Origin: an uncultured delta proteobacterium
GTDB taxonomy: Bacteria > Myxococcota > Kuafuiibacteriia > Kuafuiibacteriales > Kuafuiibacteriaceae
Direction: 5' to 3'
Assembly (NCBI GenBank): GCA_963803435.1
Contig: CAWDML010000001.1
Coordinates: 96,001 to 160,000, forward strand
Length of the DNA stretch: 64,000 nt
A model generated the notes under the pieces. The model was not told the DNA's origin and ran no database searches. It saw only the letters and a program-made list of their open reading frames with translations. The translations under genes and the position numbers were made by a program. This document shows positions 11,522-20,267 of the stretch, piece after piece. Every line of letters starts with the position of its first letter. Position 1 is the stretch's first letter.

Positions 11522-12184
11522 ATGAGCTTCTCAGCCACGCTCCTCATCTATCTCGTCATCGGCCTGGTGGTGGCCTCGGCCAACCTCCTGCTCTCCGCTC
11601 GCGCCCCGCGCCTCGAGAGGGTCCTCGCGTTCACGGCCGCCGTCCCATTCTGGCCCATCTTCGCGCCCTTCCTGATCGCGAGGCCTCGCGTTTCCAGGAG
11701 CGGGTCCACGGACGGCGGGCTGGAGACGCGGATCGAGGCCGCCGTCGCGCGGCTGATCGAGGCCCTCGGGAGCCTCGACGGGATCGCCGACGACGTGCTC
11801 GGTCCCGAGGTCGAGCGCGTCACCGGCCTGGGCCGGGCGCTCCGCACGATGGCCCGGCGCTCGGCCGAGATGAGCGCGCTCCTCGCGACGCCCGAGCTCT
11901 CGAAGCCGCGCGCGCTCCAGAGTCTCGCGGCGCTCGAGGAGACCTCACCGGCCAACCCCCGCGCCGCCAGCATCCGCGCGAGGATCGCCAACATCGAGCG
12001 GCTCGAGTCGATGCAGGCGCGCACGCTCGAAGCCCTCGAACGCGCGTTGCTGGAGGCCGAGGAGATCGGCACGCGCATGGCCCTGCTCCGCTTCGCCGAC
12101 CGCCCCGAGGACGAGGTGGTCCGGATGATCCGCGACATCGCGGCCTCGGTGGAGGGTGTGTCGGAGAGCTTGGCCCTCGAGTGA
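11522..12184 (+). CDS. membrane-anchored coiled-coil hypothetical protein
   Basis: RBS GAGGA, ATG 11522; two N-terminal TM helices then long helical region. Confidence 0.7.
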   Translation: MSFSATLLIYLVIGLVVASANLLLSARAPRLERVLAFTAAVPFWPIFAPFLIARPRVSRSGSTDGGLETRIEAAVARLIEALGSLDGIADDVLGPEVERVTGLGRALRTMARRSAEMSALLATPELSKPRALQSLAALEETSPANPRAASIRARIANIERLESMQARTLEALERALLEAEEIGTRMALLRFADRPEDEVVRMIRDIAASVEGVSESLALE

Positions 12185-12190
12185 CCTTGG

Positions 12191-13807
12191 GTGATGCTGG
12201 GACGCCGCCCGATGAGCCTCTACCCGTACAGCCTGCTGCCGGTGCTCTCGGTGGGCGCGCTGCTCTTCTTCACCGCGATCCGGCGCGGCGCGCGCACGCT
12301 CGGGCTGGCCCTCTACTGCCTCTCGATCGTGCTGTGGTCCGGAATGCTGGCGCTGATCTGGGTCCCTTCGCTGGCCACGATCGGCGAGCGCTTCGCCGCG
12401 ATCGGCTCACTGATCGCCGCCACCTTCCTCCACGCCGCCTACGACGTGATGCGACAGCGATCGCGCCGCCTGGTGTGGCTCGCCTATGCGGCGGCGGCGG
12501 TCCTGACGCTGGCCGGCGTGCTCCGCCCCGGCCTGCTCTACGGTCCGATGGCGATGACCCGCGGCCCGCTCTTCTGGCCGGCGATGGGCCTTGCCGTGGT
12601 CGCCGCGGTGATCCCGCTGCTCCAGCTGTATCGGGCGTACCTCACGGCGCCGCCCGCCGATCGCGGGCCGCTGCGCCGGCTCGGGCTGGCGGGCGCGCTC
12701 TGCTACGTCGGCGGCATGGGCAACGCGATCCTGCTCTCCCACGGGCATGCGCTGCCCTGGGGCATGCTCCTGGTGCTCGCCTCTCTCTTGATCCTCGCCA
12801 ACGTCATCCGCGAGTACGAGCCTCCGGCGGAGCGGAAGCTCCTCGAGCGCAGCCTCCTCTACTCCGCGGTGGCCGCGTTCGTCTCGGCCGGCTTCCTCTT
12901 CGGCGTCATGTCGCTGATGACGGGGACCGATCCTCTGCTCGCGCAGTATCGGATCGGAGCGCTCTTCCTGGTGTTCTTGGCCGCGCTCGCCTTCGAGCCG
13001 ATCCGCCAGCAGCTCCAGGAGCTGATCGCCCGCACCATGATCCGCGATCGGGCCCCGGCCGCGCACGTGGCGCGCGCGCTCGAACGTCAGGAGGTGATCG
13101 CGGAGCAGGCGCAGCGTCTGGCGGAGATCGGCGCGCTGGCCTCCGCGGTGGCCCACGAGGTGAGGAACCCGCTCGGCGTCCTCTCCGCGCACCTGAAGCT
13201 GCTGGCCCGAGCCGGCACGGCCGCCGAGGCCGTCGCCGACATGCAAGAGCAGATCGATCGGGCCGCGCGCTTCATCGAGGACCTGCTGAGCTACGGCCGC
13301 CCGCGCCCGCTCGAGCTGCGCCTGATCGATGCGATGCCCACGATCCAGCTGGCGCTCTCCACCGCGCGCCGGGGCCTCGGTTTCGACGCCGACGATGTCG
13401 ACGCGACGGTCGCCGGCGGCGAAGCACTCCTCCTCGAGGCCGATCAGGCCCAGATCTCGCAGGCGCTGGTGATCCTCCTCGACAATGCGTTCCTGGCGGT
13501 TGCGGGTGCACCCGACAAGAAGATCCGGATCAGCACCTCCGTGACCGCCGAGCGGATCGGGATCGCCGTCGAGGACTCGGGCGACGGGATCCCGGCCGAG
13601 GTGCAGGATCGATTGTTCGAGCCGTTCGTCACCTCGCGCAAGCGTGAGGGACCTCGGCCCGGCACCGGCCTGGGCCTCGCGATCGCGCGCGGCATCGTCG
13701 AGCGCCACCATGGCGCGATCTCCGCGGACCGATCGGAGGCGCTGGGCGGGGCGCGCTTCGTGCTGTCGCTCCCGAAGGTTCAACCGGTACTTGCAACCGC
13801 GGACTAG
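12191..13807 (+). CDS. membrane sensor histidine kinase
   Basis: multiple TMs; AHEVRNP H-box; DNA N-box, DSGDGI, FEPF, GTGLGL. Confidence 0.92.
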   Translation: MMLGRRPMSLYPYSLLPVLSVGALLFFTAIRRGARTLGLALYCLSIVLWSGMLALIWVPSLATIGERFAAIGSLIAATFLHAAYDVMRQRSRRLVWLAYAAAAVLTLAGVLRPGLLYGPMAMTRGPLFWPAMGLAVVAAVIPLLQLYRAYLTAPPADRGPLRRLGLAGALCYVGGMGNAILLSHGHALPWGMLLVLASLLILANVIREYEPPAERKLLERSLLYSAVAAFVSAGFLFGVMSLMTGTDPLLAQYRIGALFLVFLAALAFEPIRQQLQELIARTMIRDRAPAAHVARALERQEVIAEQAQRLAEIGALASAVAHEVRNPLGVLSAHLKLLARAGTAAEAVADMQEQIDRAARFIEDLLSYGRPRPLELRLIDAMPTIQLALSTARRGLGFDADDVDATVAGGEALLLEADQAQISQALVILLDNAFLAVAGAPDKKIRISTSVTAERIGIAVEDSGDGIPAEVQDRLFEPFVTSRKREGPRPGTGLGLAIARGIVERHHGAISADRSEALGGARFVLSLPKVQPVLATAD

Positions 13808-15200
<1,393 letters not shown>

Positions 15201-15203
15201 CCG

Positions 15204-15989
15204 ATGACCGAAGAGCTCGACCGACGCCTCGCCACCGCCGAAGCCGCCGCCCGCGAGGCCGGGGTGCTGGCGCGGGAAAAGTTCGCCAACCTCGAGACGA
15301 TCTCGATCGAGAAGAAAGGGCTGCAGGACTGGGTGAGCGCCGCCGATCGGGAGGTTGAGAGACTATTGAAAGCCCACCTGCTGAGCGCATTTCCCGACGA
15401 CGGCTTTCTCGGCGAAGAGTTCGGCGGCGCCGAGAGAGAGGGTGTCTGGGTCGTCGATCCGATCGACGGTACAGGCAACTTCGTCCGCGGCATCCCGCTG
15501 TTCGGCATCTCGATCGCGTTCTGGCGGGCGGGCGAGCCCGTCGCGGGCGTGATTTACGATCCGATCTCCGGTGACCTCTATGCGGCGAGGACCGGCGGCG
15601 GCGCCTTCAAGAACGGCCGCCGTATCCAGGTCCGCAACGTCGAACGGCTCGACGACGCCGTGATCGGGATCGGCTTCTCGACGAAGGCCGACAAGGCCCC
15701 CATGGTCGAGGCGCTGCGAGCCTTCCTCGAAGCGGGCGCCGAGTTCCGCCGCCTCGGCGCCGCCGTGCTCTGCCTCGCGTGGGTCGCCGAGGGCCGCCTC
15801 GACGCCTTCTGGCACACCAGCCTCAACGCGTGGGACGCGCTCGCCGGGATGGTGTTGGTGCGCGAGGCGGGCGGGCGCGTGAACCATGTCTTCGGTGAAG
15901 GCGAGCTGCTCTCGCGCGGGCCCACGCTGGTGTCCTCGCCGAGGATCGCGGGTGCGGTCGAGGCGATCACCGGCGTCGCGCTCCGCTGA
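15204..15989 (+). CDS. inositol monophosphatase family protein
   Basis: GEE, WVVDPIDGT.NF, WDALAG..LVREAGG motifs. Confidence 0.92.
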   Translation: MTEELDRRLATAEAAAREAGVLAREKFANLETISIEKKGLQDWVSAADREVERLLKAHLLSAFPDDGFLGEEFGGAEREGVWVVDPIDGTGNFVRGIPLFGISIAFWRAGEPVAGVIYDPISGDLYAARTGGGAFKNGRRIQVRNVERLDDAVIGIGFSTKADKAPMVEALRAFLEAGAEFRRLGAAVLCLAWVAEGRLDAFWHTSLNAWDALAGMVLVREAGGRVNHVFGEGELLSRGPTLVSSPRIAGAVEAITGVALR

Positions 15990-16111
15990 CGTGCGCTCGA
16001 TCGCCTTGACACGCCGGAGCTGTTCCGGCACGCGCGCGCGCACGTGTTCATACTTATTACGATCGCGCCTCGTAACCCCGCAGAAAAAATGACGTTTCTC
16101 GATCGGGTCAC

Positions 16112-16140
16112 TTGACGCGCTCGGGGCCGATCTTTAGAGT
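16112..16140 (+). promoter_or_regulatory. sigma70-type promoter
   Basis: TTGACG (16112-16117), 17-bp spacer, TAGAGT (16135-16140), preceded by an A-rich tract. Confidence 0.7.
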
Positions 16141-16200
16141 AGCGCCATCGCTCGGCGGCGTTCCGTCGGCGAAATCAACAGAGAGGAAGTGGAGCCTTCG

Positions 16201-16326
16201 ATGTCGAGACCCGCACAGCAGATTTGGTCGAAGAATCATCTTCGCACCGGTTACGTGTGCCGCGTCGCCGGCACGCCCCTCGGATTCGAAAGTGATCGAA
16301 TCGAAGGCGGGTACCGAGGCCCCTAG
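16201..16326 (+). CDS. putative leader (attenuator/arrest) peptide, 41 aa, MSRPAQQIWSKNHLRTGYVCRVAGTPLGFESDRIEGGYRGP
   Basis: GGAG RBS at 16191-16194; lies between promoter and terminator; ends RGP-TAG; below ORF-track size cut-off. Confidence 0.6.
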   Translation: MSRPAQQIWSKNHLRTGYVCRVAGTPLGFESDRIEGGYRGP

Positions 16327-16360
16327 GCGAGCGCTCTTTCACTAGAGACCGCCCTCCGGA

Positions 16361-16392
16361 GCCGGGTACCCAACAGGGCACCCGGCTTTTTT
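16361..16392 (+). terminator. intrinsic terminator upstream of the tRNA genes (attenuator)
   Basis: GCCGGGTACCC-AACA-GGGCACCCGGC followed by TTTTTT. Confidence 0.85.
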
Positions 16393-16410
16393 CGTTTCTG
16401 ATGTCCGCGT

Positions 16411-16498
16411 GGAAGAGTGGCTGAGCGGCAAAGGCACCGGCTTGCTAAGCCGGCGAGTGGGCGATCCCCATGCACAGGTTCGAGTCCTGTCTCTTCCG
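16411..16498 (+). tRNA. tRNA-Ser (GCT), CCA not encoded
   Basis: acceptor GGAAGAG/CTCTTCC, anticodon arm CCGGC-TTGCTAA-GCCGG, long variable arm, T-arm ACAGG-TTCGAGT-CCTGT, discriminator G. Confidence 0.9.
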
Positions 16499-16536
16499 TT
16501 TTGTTTCTTTGAGCTCACCGGCTCACGGTTTCGCGT

Positions 16537-16598
16537 GGGGATGGTCGCCGCCCGAGCTTCTCCAACTCGGCCAGGCTGTCGCAACGGCAGCCCTCCCC
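16537..16598 (+). ncRNA. candidate structured RNA / pseudo-tRNA (three-way junction)
   Basis: GGGGA/TCCCC closing stem, CCGAG-CTTCTCCAA-CTCGG hairpin, GGCTGTCG-CAA-CGGCAGCC hairpin, followed by T-tract. Confidence 0.4.
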
Positions 16599-16641
16599 TT
16601 TTTCTCAACCGTTTTTGTCCTTTGGTACAGTTAACCTATTA

Positions 16642-16708
16642 CGAGGTCATGACCACGAGTGTTTGCTCGTCGTCTTCTGCCTGCCCAAGGCTTGCAGAGG
16701 CCTCGACC
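16642..16708 (+). ncRNA. candidate structured RNA (three-way junction with 7-bp acceptor-like stem followed by ACC)
   Basis: CGAGGTC/GGCCTCG stem, GAC-C-ACGAG..CTCGT-C-GTC hairpin, TCTGC..GCC-CAA-GGC..GCAGA hairpin. Confidence 0.4.
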
Positions 16709-16709
16709 G

Positions 16710-16784
16710 GCCGCGATAGCCCAACTCGGTAGAGGCACTAGGTCGAGGACCTAGCGAGTGCAGGTTCGAACCCTGCTCGTGGCA
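16710..16784 (+). tRNA. atypical tRNA-Leu (GAG) with short variable loop and C33, CCA not encoded
   Basis: acceptor GCCGCGA/TCGTGGC, anticodon arm CTAGG-TCGAGGA-CCTAG, T-arm GCAGG-TTCGAAC-CCTGC, discriminator A. Confidence 0.8.
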
Positions 16785-16804
16785 AGACACAATGGAGGTG
16801 AGGG

Positions 16805-17350
16805 ATGGACACGCTGGTCCTGAGCTGTAGCTACCAGCCTGTCGACCGAATCAGCTGGCAGCGCGCGATCTGTCTGTGGGTCATGGAGAAGGTCGAGGTC
16901 CTCGAGGAGTACGCGGACCGAGAGATCCGCTCCGTGTCGCTGGCGATCAAGATGCCGTCCGTCGTGCGGTTTCTGCACCAGACGAAGGTCCGGCGCGGCT
17001 CGGTGAGGTTCTCACGCGAGAACGTGTTCACCCGCGACAAGGGTCGCTGCCAGTACTGCTCGGCGAAGGTCTCCCGCATGGAGGCGACGTACGACCACGT
17101 GATTCCGCGACGTCTGGGAGGCCAGACGCGATGGGACAACATCGTGATCAGTTGCTACGACTGCAATCAGAAGAAGGGTGGCCGCACGCCGCAGCAGGCC
17201 GGGATGAAGCTGATCGCGGTACCGAGCAAGCCGAAGTCTCTGCCGCCGACCTTTCGGGTCACGTTCACGCAGCGGTCGGGCGTACCGGCTTCCTGGAGGC
17301 AGTACCTCGTCGACGTTCATTACTGGCACGGTGAGCTCGAGCAGGACTGA
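16805..17350 (+). CDS. HNH endonuclease (Zn-binding McrA/HNH_5 type), 181 aa
   Basis: RBS GGAGGTG; FSRENVFTRD..RCQYC, TYDHVIP..GG..WDNIV.SC..CN.KKG. Confidence 0.92.
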   Translation: MDTLVLSCSYQPVDRISWQRAICLWVMEKVEVLEEYADREIRSVSLAIKMPSVVRFLHQTKVRRGSVRFSRENVFTRDKGRCQYCSAKVSRMEATYDHVIPRRLGGQTRWDNIVISCYDCNQKKGGRTPQQAGMKLIAVPSKPKSLPPTFRVTFTQRSGVPASWRQYLVDVHYWHGELEQD

Positions 17351-17378
17351 CAAAAGCGCTCGGCGTGACAGGGTTTGA

Positions 17379-17419
17379 AAGGGTGAGGCGGTCTCGTGCC
17401 GCCTCACCCTTCGCTTTTT
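17379..17419 (+). terminator. intrinsic terminator after HNH gene
   Basis: 13-bp perfect stem AAGGGTGAGGCGG/CCGCCTCACCCTT followed by CGCTTTTT. Confidence 0.8.
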
Positions 17420-17478
17420 CGACGCTCTCCTCGATGCGCGCGGGTCGCGCAAGCTTTTTGCAACCGGACCTGCGCACG

Positions 17479-20103
17479 ATGAGATCCTCCCTCCTCGCAC
17501 TGTTCGCGCTCACCGCCTGCGGCGGCGAAGATGCTGCGTCCTTCGACGTGACCCCTCCTCGCGCCCCTGAGACGCCTCGCGTCGATCCCGACGCGATCCA
17601 GCCACAGCCCGCCGACCCGGTCGTCCTGCCCTCGCTCGGGCCCTGTCCGGCCGGCTGGAGCTCGGTACGCACGGATGGGCTCGAGACCTGCGAGCCCTGG
17701 CCGGCCGCTGCACCGCCCGCGTGCGCGCCCGACGAGATGGCGACGCCCGCGCATCCTGCCTGTGCGGTCGTCGGTGCGAGCTGCGGCGCCGAGTGGGCGG
17801 AGAACCTCCCGGCCTCCGGGGTCCTCTTCGTACGACCGGGTGCAACCGGCGGTGACGGGAGCCGAGCCGCGCCCTTCGGCACGCTGGCCGGGGCCCTTGC
17901 CGCGGCCACCGACGGCTCCACCGTCGCGCTGAGCCGCGGCACCTTCGCCGAGAGCGCCGTGGTGGACGCCCGCGTGTCGATCGTGGGCGCCTGCGCGAGC
18001 GCCACCATCCTCACCTCCGATCTCCCCCAGACGCCGACGGACCGCGCAGTCCTCGAGGCCGGTGCGGACGGCGTGGTCGTCGCCAACCTGACGATTGCGG
18101 CCAGCGAGCGATGGGCCCTCATTGCGCGGGCGGGGAGCGTCCGCCTCTCGCACGCGATCGTGTCGGGCGGACAGCTGGGCGTGCAGGCCGAAGCCGGCGG
18201 TACGCTGGTCCTCGAGACCGTGCACCTCGCCGACATCGACGGCAGCGCGGTCTCGGCCGACGGTGCAGCGATCAGGCTGCTCCACGTCTCCATCGAGCGC
18301 GCGGGGATCGGGATCCAGGCGGCCGGGGGCTCCGCCTCGAGCGACGACGCGCTCCTGGCCGACACCGGCGACGCCGTGCAGGCCCGCGCCGGCGCGGCGG
18401 TCGCCCTCCGCGACGCGCTCATCGAGAGATGGCAGGAGAGCGCGGTCGCCCTGACCGAACCCGGTACCTCCGGCGAGCTCGAGCGTGTCGTGATCCGCGA
18501 CGCCTCCGGCACCGGCGACGCGCTCGCCGCGCACGAGGGGGCCAGCCTCTCTGCAGTCCAGGTCGTCGTCGATCGCGCCGGACGGGCCGGCGCCCTCGCC
18601 TCGTCCCCCGGCAGCGCGATCGACCTCACCGATGTGGTGATCCGCGAGCTCACCGGCGATCCGGCCCAGAGCACCGATGCGTTCGGCCTGTACGCCGAGG
18701 GCGCTCACCTTTCGGGCCGGCGGATCTACGTCCGGGGCGCCGTGACCGGCGTGCTCGCGTTCCTCGGGGGCGCCTCCGCCGAGCTCACCGACCTCACGGT
18801 GGAGGACGGCCGCTCGATCGGCTCCGGTGAGCTGGGGATCGGCGTCGACATCCAGCAGGACGCGACCGCCTCGCTCTCGCGCATCCACCTCGTCCGCAGC
18901 CGCTCGGCCGGCCTCTCGGTCACGCGGGGCGCCAGCGCGACGGTCGGCGACGCAGCCATCCTCGACACCCAGCCGAGCACCGCGCTCGGCTACGGTGTGA
19001 TCGTCGCCGAGGGCGGAGAGCTCACTCTCAGCCGCGCCCACGTCGAGGGGAGCTCGGGCCTCGGGTTCGCGATCACCGACGGCGCACACGCCACGGTCGC
19101 CGACGTCTCCATCGTCGGGACCGTCAGCCCCGACGACGATCGCGGGCGCGCCGCCTTCTTGGGCGCCGGCTTGGCCATCTCGACCGCGGGTGCCCTCGAC
19201 GGCACACGCCTGGCGATCGAGGACAATCGCGACGTCGGTCTCCTGATCTCGGGAGGCGCCGCCAAGCTCGACGCTCTGGCCGTGCGCCGCACCTATGGCG
19301 ACGGGCGCGCGCTGCCCGGCTTCGGGATCCAGGGCGACCGACCCACGTCGCTCGAGATCACGAAGGCGATCGTCGAGGACAACGACGGCGATGCGATCCG
19401 CGTCGAGGGTCAGCTCGGCGGCGGCGCGGCGGCCGCCCGGTTCATGCTGGCCGACGCCACGGTGCGAGGGCGCGGCGACGAGGCGCCCGGCGGGGTCGCG
19501 CACGGCCTCCTGGTCTCGGGAAACTTCGAGACGACCGTCGAGCGCCTCTCCATCGAGCGACCCGCCTTCACGGGGATCCGGATCGCGGCCGACCCTTCTC
19601 CCGCGACGCTCTCGGACGTCACCGTCACCGCGCTCGCGCCCGGCGATTCGGGCGCGCTGCCCCTCCCCCGCGCTGCCCTCGTGCTCGACGGCTCCCCCGC
19701 CGTCCGCGCCTCTGCGCTCGAGATCGACCAGGCGGCGATCGCGGCGATTCTACTCAATGGATCGTCGGCGCTCACCGCCGAGGACCTGCTGATCCGCGGG
19801 GTCACCGCCGCCCCCGGCTGCGACGCCGACTGCGCCGCCGCGGGCGTCGTCGCCTTTCCCGAGTCGAGCGGTGCCTTCGAGCGCTTCGAGATCGACGACG
19901 CGCAGGTGGCCGGCGTGCAGGCGCTCGGCGGCGAGCTCCACCTCACGGACGGCGTGATCGCCCGGTCGCGGGTCGGGATCAACCACCTGCCGGGGGTCGA
20001 TCCAAACGGCTTCATCGATCGTGTCCGGTTCGACGATGACGGCGCCGACTTCGATGCGAGCGCGCTGCCGGTACCGTCGTGGCCCATCGGAGCACCGGAG
20101 TAG
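17479..20103 (+). CDS. large lipoprotein with Cys-rich N-terminus and right-handed beta-helix repeats
   Basis: lipobox LTAC after ATG 17479; GDGSRAAPFGTL motif; repetitive beta-helix-like segments. Confidence 0.8.
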   Translation: MRSSLLALFALTACGGEDAASFDVTPPRAPETPRVDPDAIQPQPADPVVLPSLGPCPAGWSSVRTDGLETCEPWPAAAPPACAPDEMATPAHPACAVVGASCGAEWAENLPASGVLFVRPGATGGDGSRAAPFGTLAGALAAATDGSTVALSRGTFAESAVVDARVSIVGACASATILTSDLPQTPTDRAVLEAGADGVVVANLTIAASERWALIARAGSVRLSHAIVSGGQLGVQAEAGGTLVLETVHLADIDGSAVSADGAAIRLLHVSIERAGIGIQAAGGSASSDDALLADTGDAVQARAGAAVALRDALIERWQESAVALTEPGTSGELERVVIRDASGTGDALAAHEGASLSAVQVVVDRAGRAGALASSPGSAIDLTDVVIRELTGDPAQSTDAFGLYAEGAHLSGRRIYVRGAVTGVLAFLGGASAELTDLTVEDGRSIGSGELGIGVDIQQDATASLSRIHLVRSRSAGLSVTRGASATVGDAAILDTQPSTALGYGVIVAEGGELTLSRAHVEGSSGLGFAITDGAHATVADVSIVGTVSPDDDRGRAAFLGAGLAISTAGALDGTRLAIEDNRDVGLLISGGAAKLDALAVRRTYGDGRALPGFGIQGDRPTSLEITKAIVEDNDGDAIRVEGQLGGGAAAARFMLADATVRGRGDEAPGGVAHGLLVSGNFETTVERLSIERPAFTGIRIAADPSPATLSDVTVTALAPGDSGALPLPRAALVLDGSPAVRASALEIDQAAIAAILLNGSSALTAEDLLIRGVTAAPGCDADCAAAGVVAFPESSGAFERFEIDDAQVAGVQALGGELHLTDGVIARSRVGINHLPGVDPNGFIDRVRFDDDGADFDASALPVPSWPIGAPE

Positions 20104-20267
20104 GCACCACCATCGATCTCTCTTCCTCCCGCCGCATCGCCTTGGTTGCCTTGGGGCTCACCCAAGATCGCGCTCTTCATGACCAAGTCCTACGTCAGAG
20201 TCGTCCGGCCGATCTTCCAGCGACTCGATCCTCAGCAGTCGGACGATGCGCGCCTGGAAAGCGCTAG

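Noticed and set aside
16006-16035. Perfect TTGACA upstream of the leader
   Set aside because: No -10 element at 16-18 bp spacing; the 16112-16140 promoter fits better
16738-16754. Reading the second tRNA as Arg(TCG) or Ser(CGA)
   Set aside because: The 5-bp stem CTAGG/CCTAG fixes a 7-nt loop TCGAGGA with GAG at positions 34-36; D-loop and A73 fit Leu
20179-20267. Short ORF MTKSYVRVVRP... running into the IS left end
   Set aside because: Too short and without a recognisable motif to call an interrupted gene
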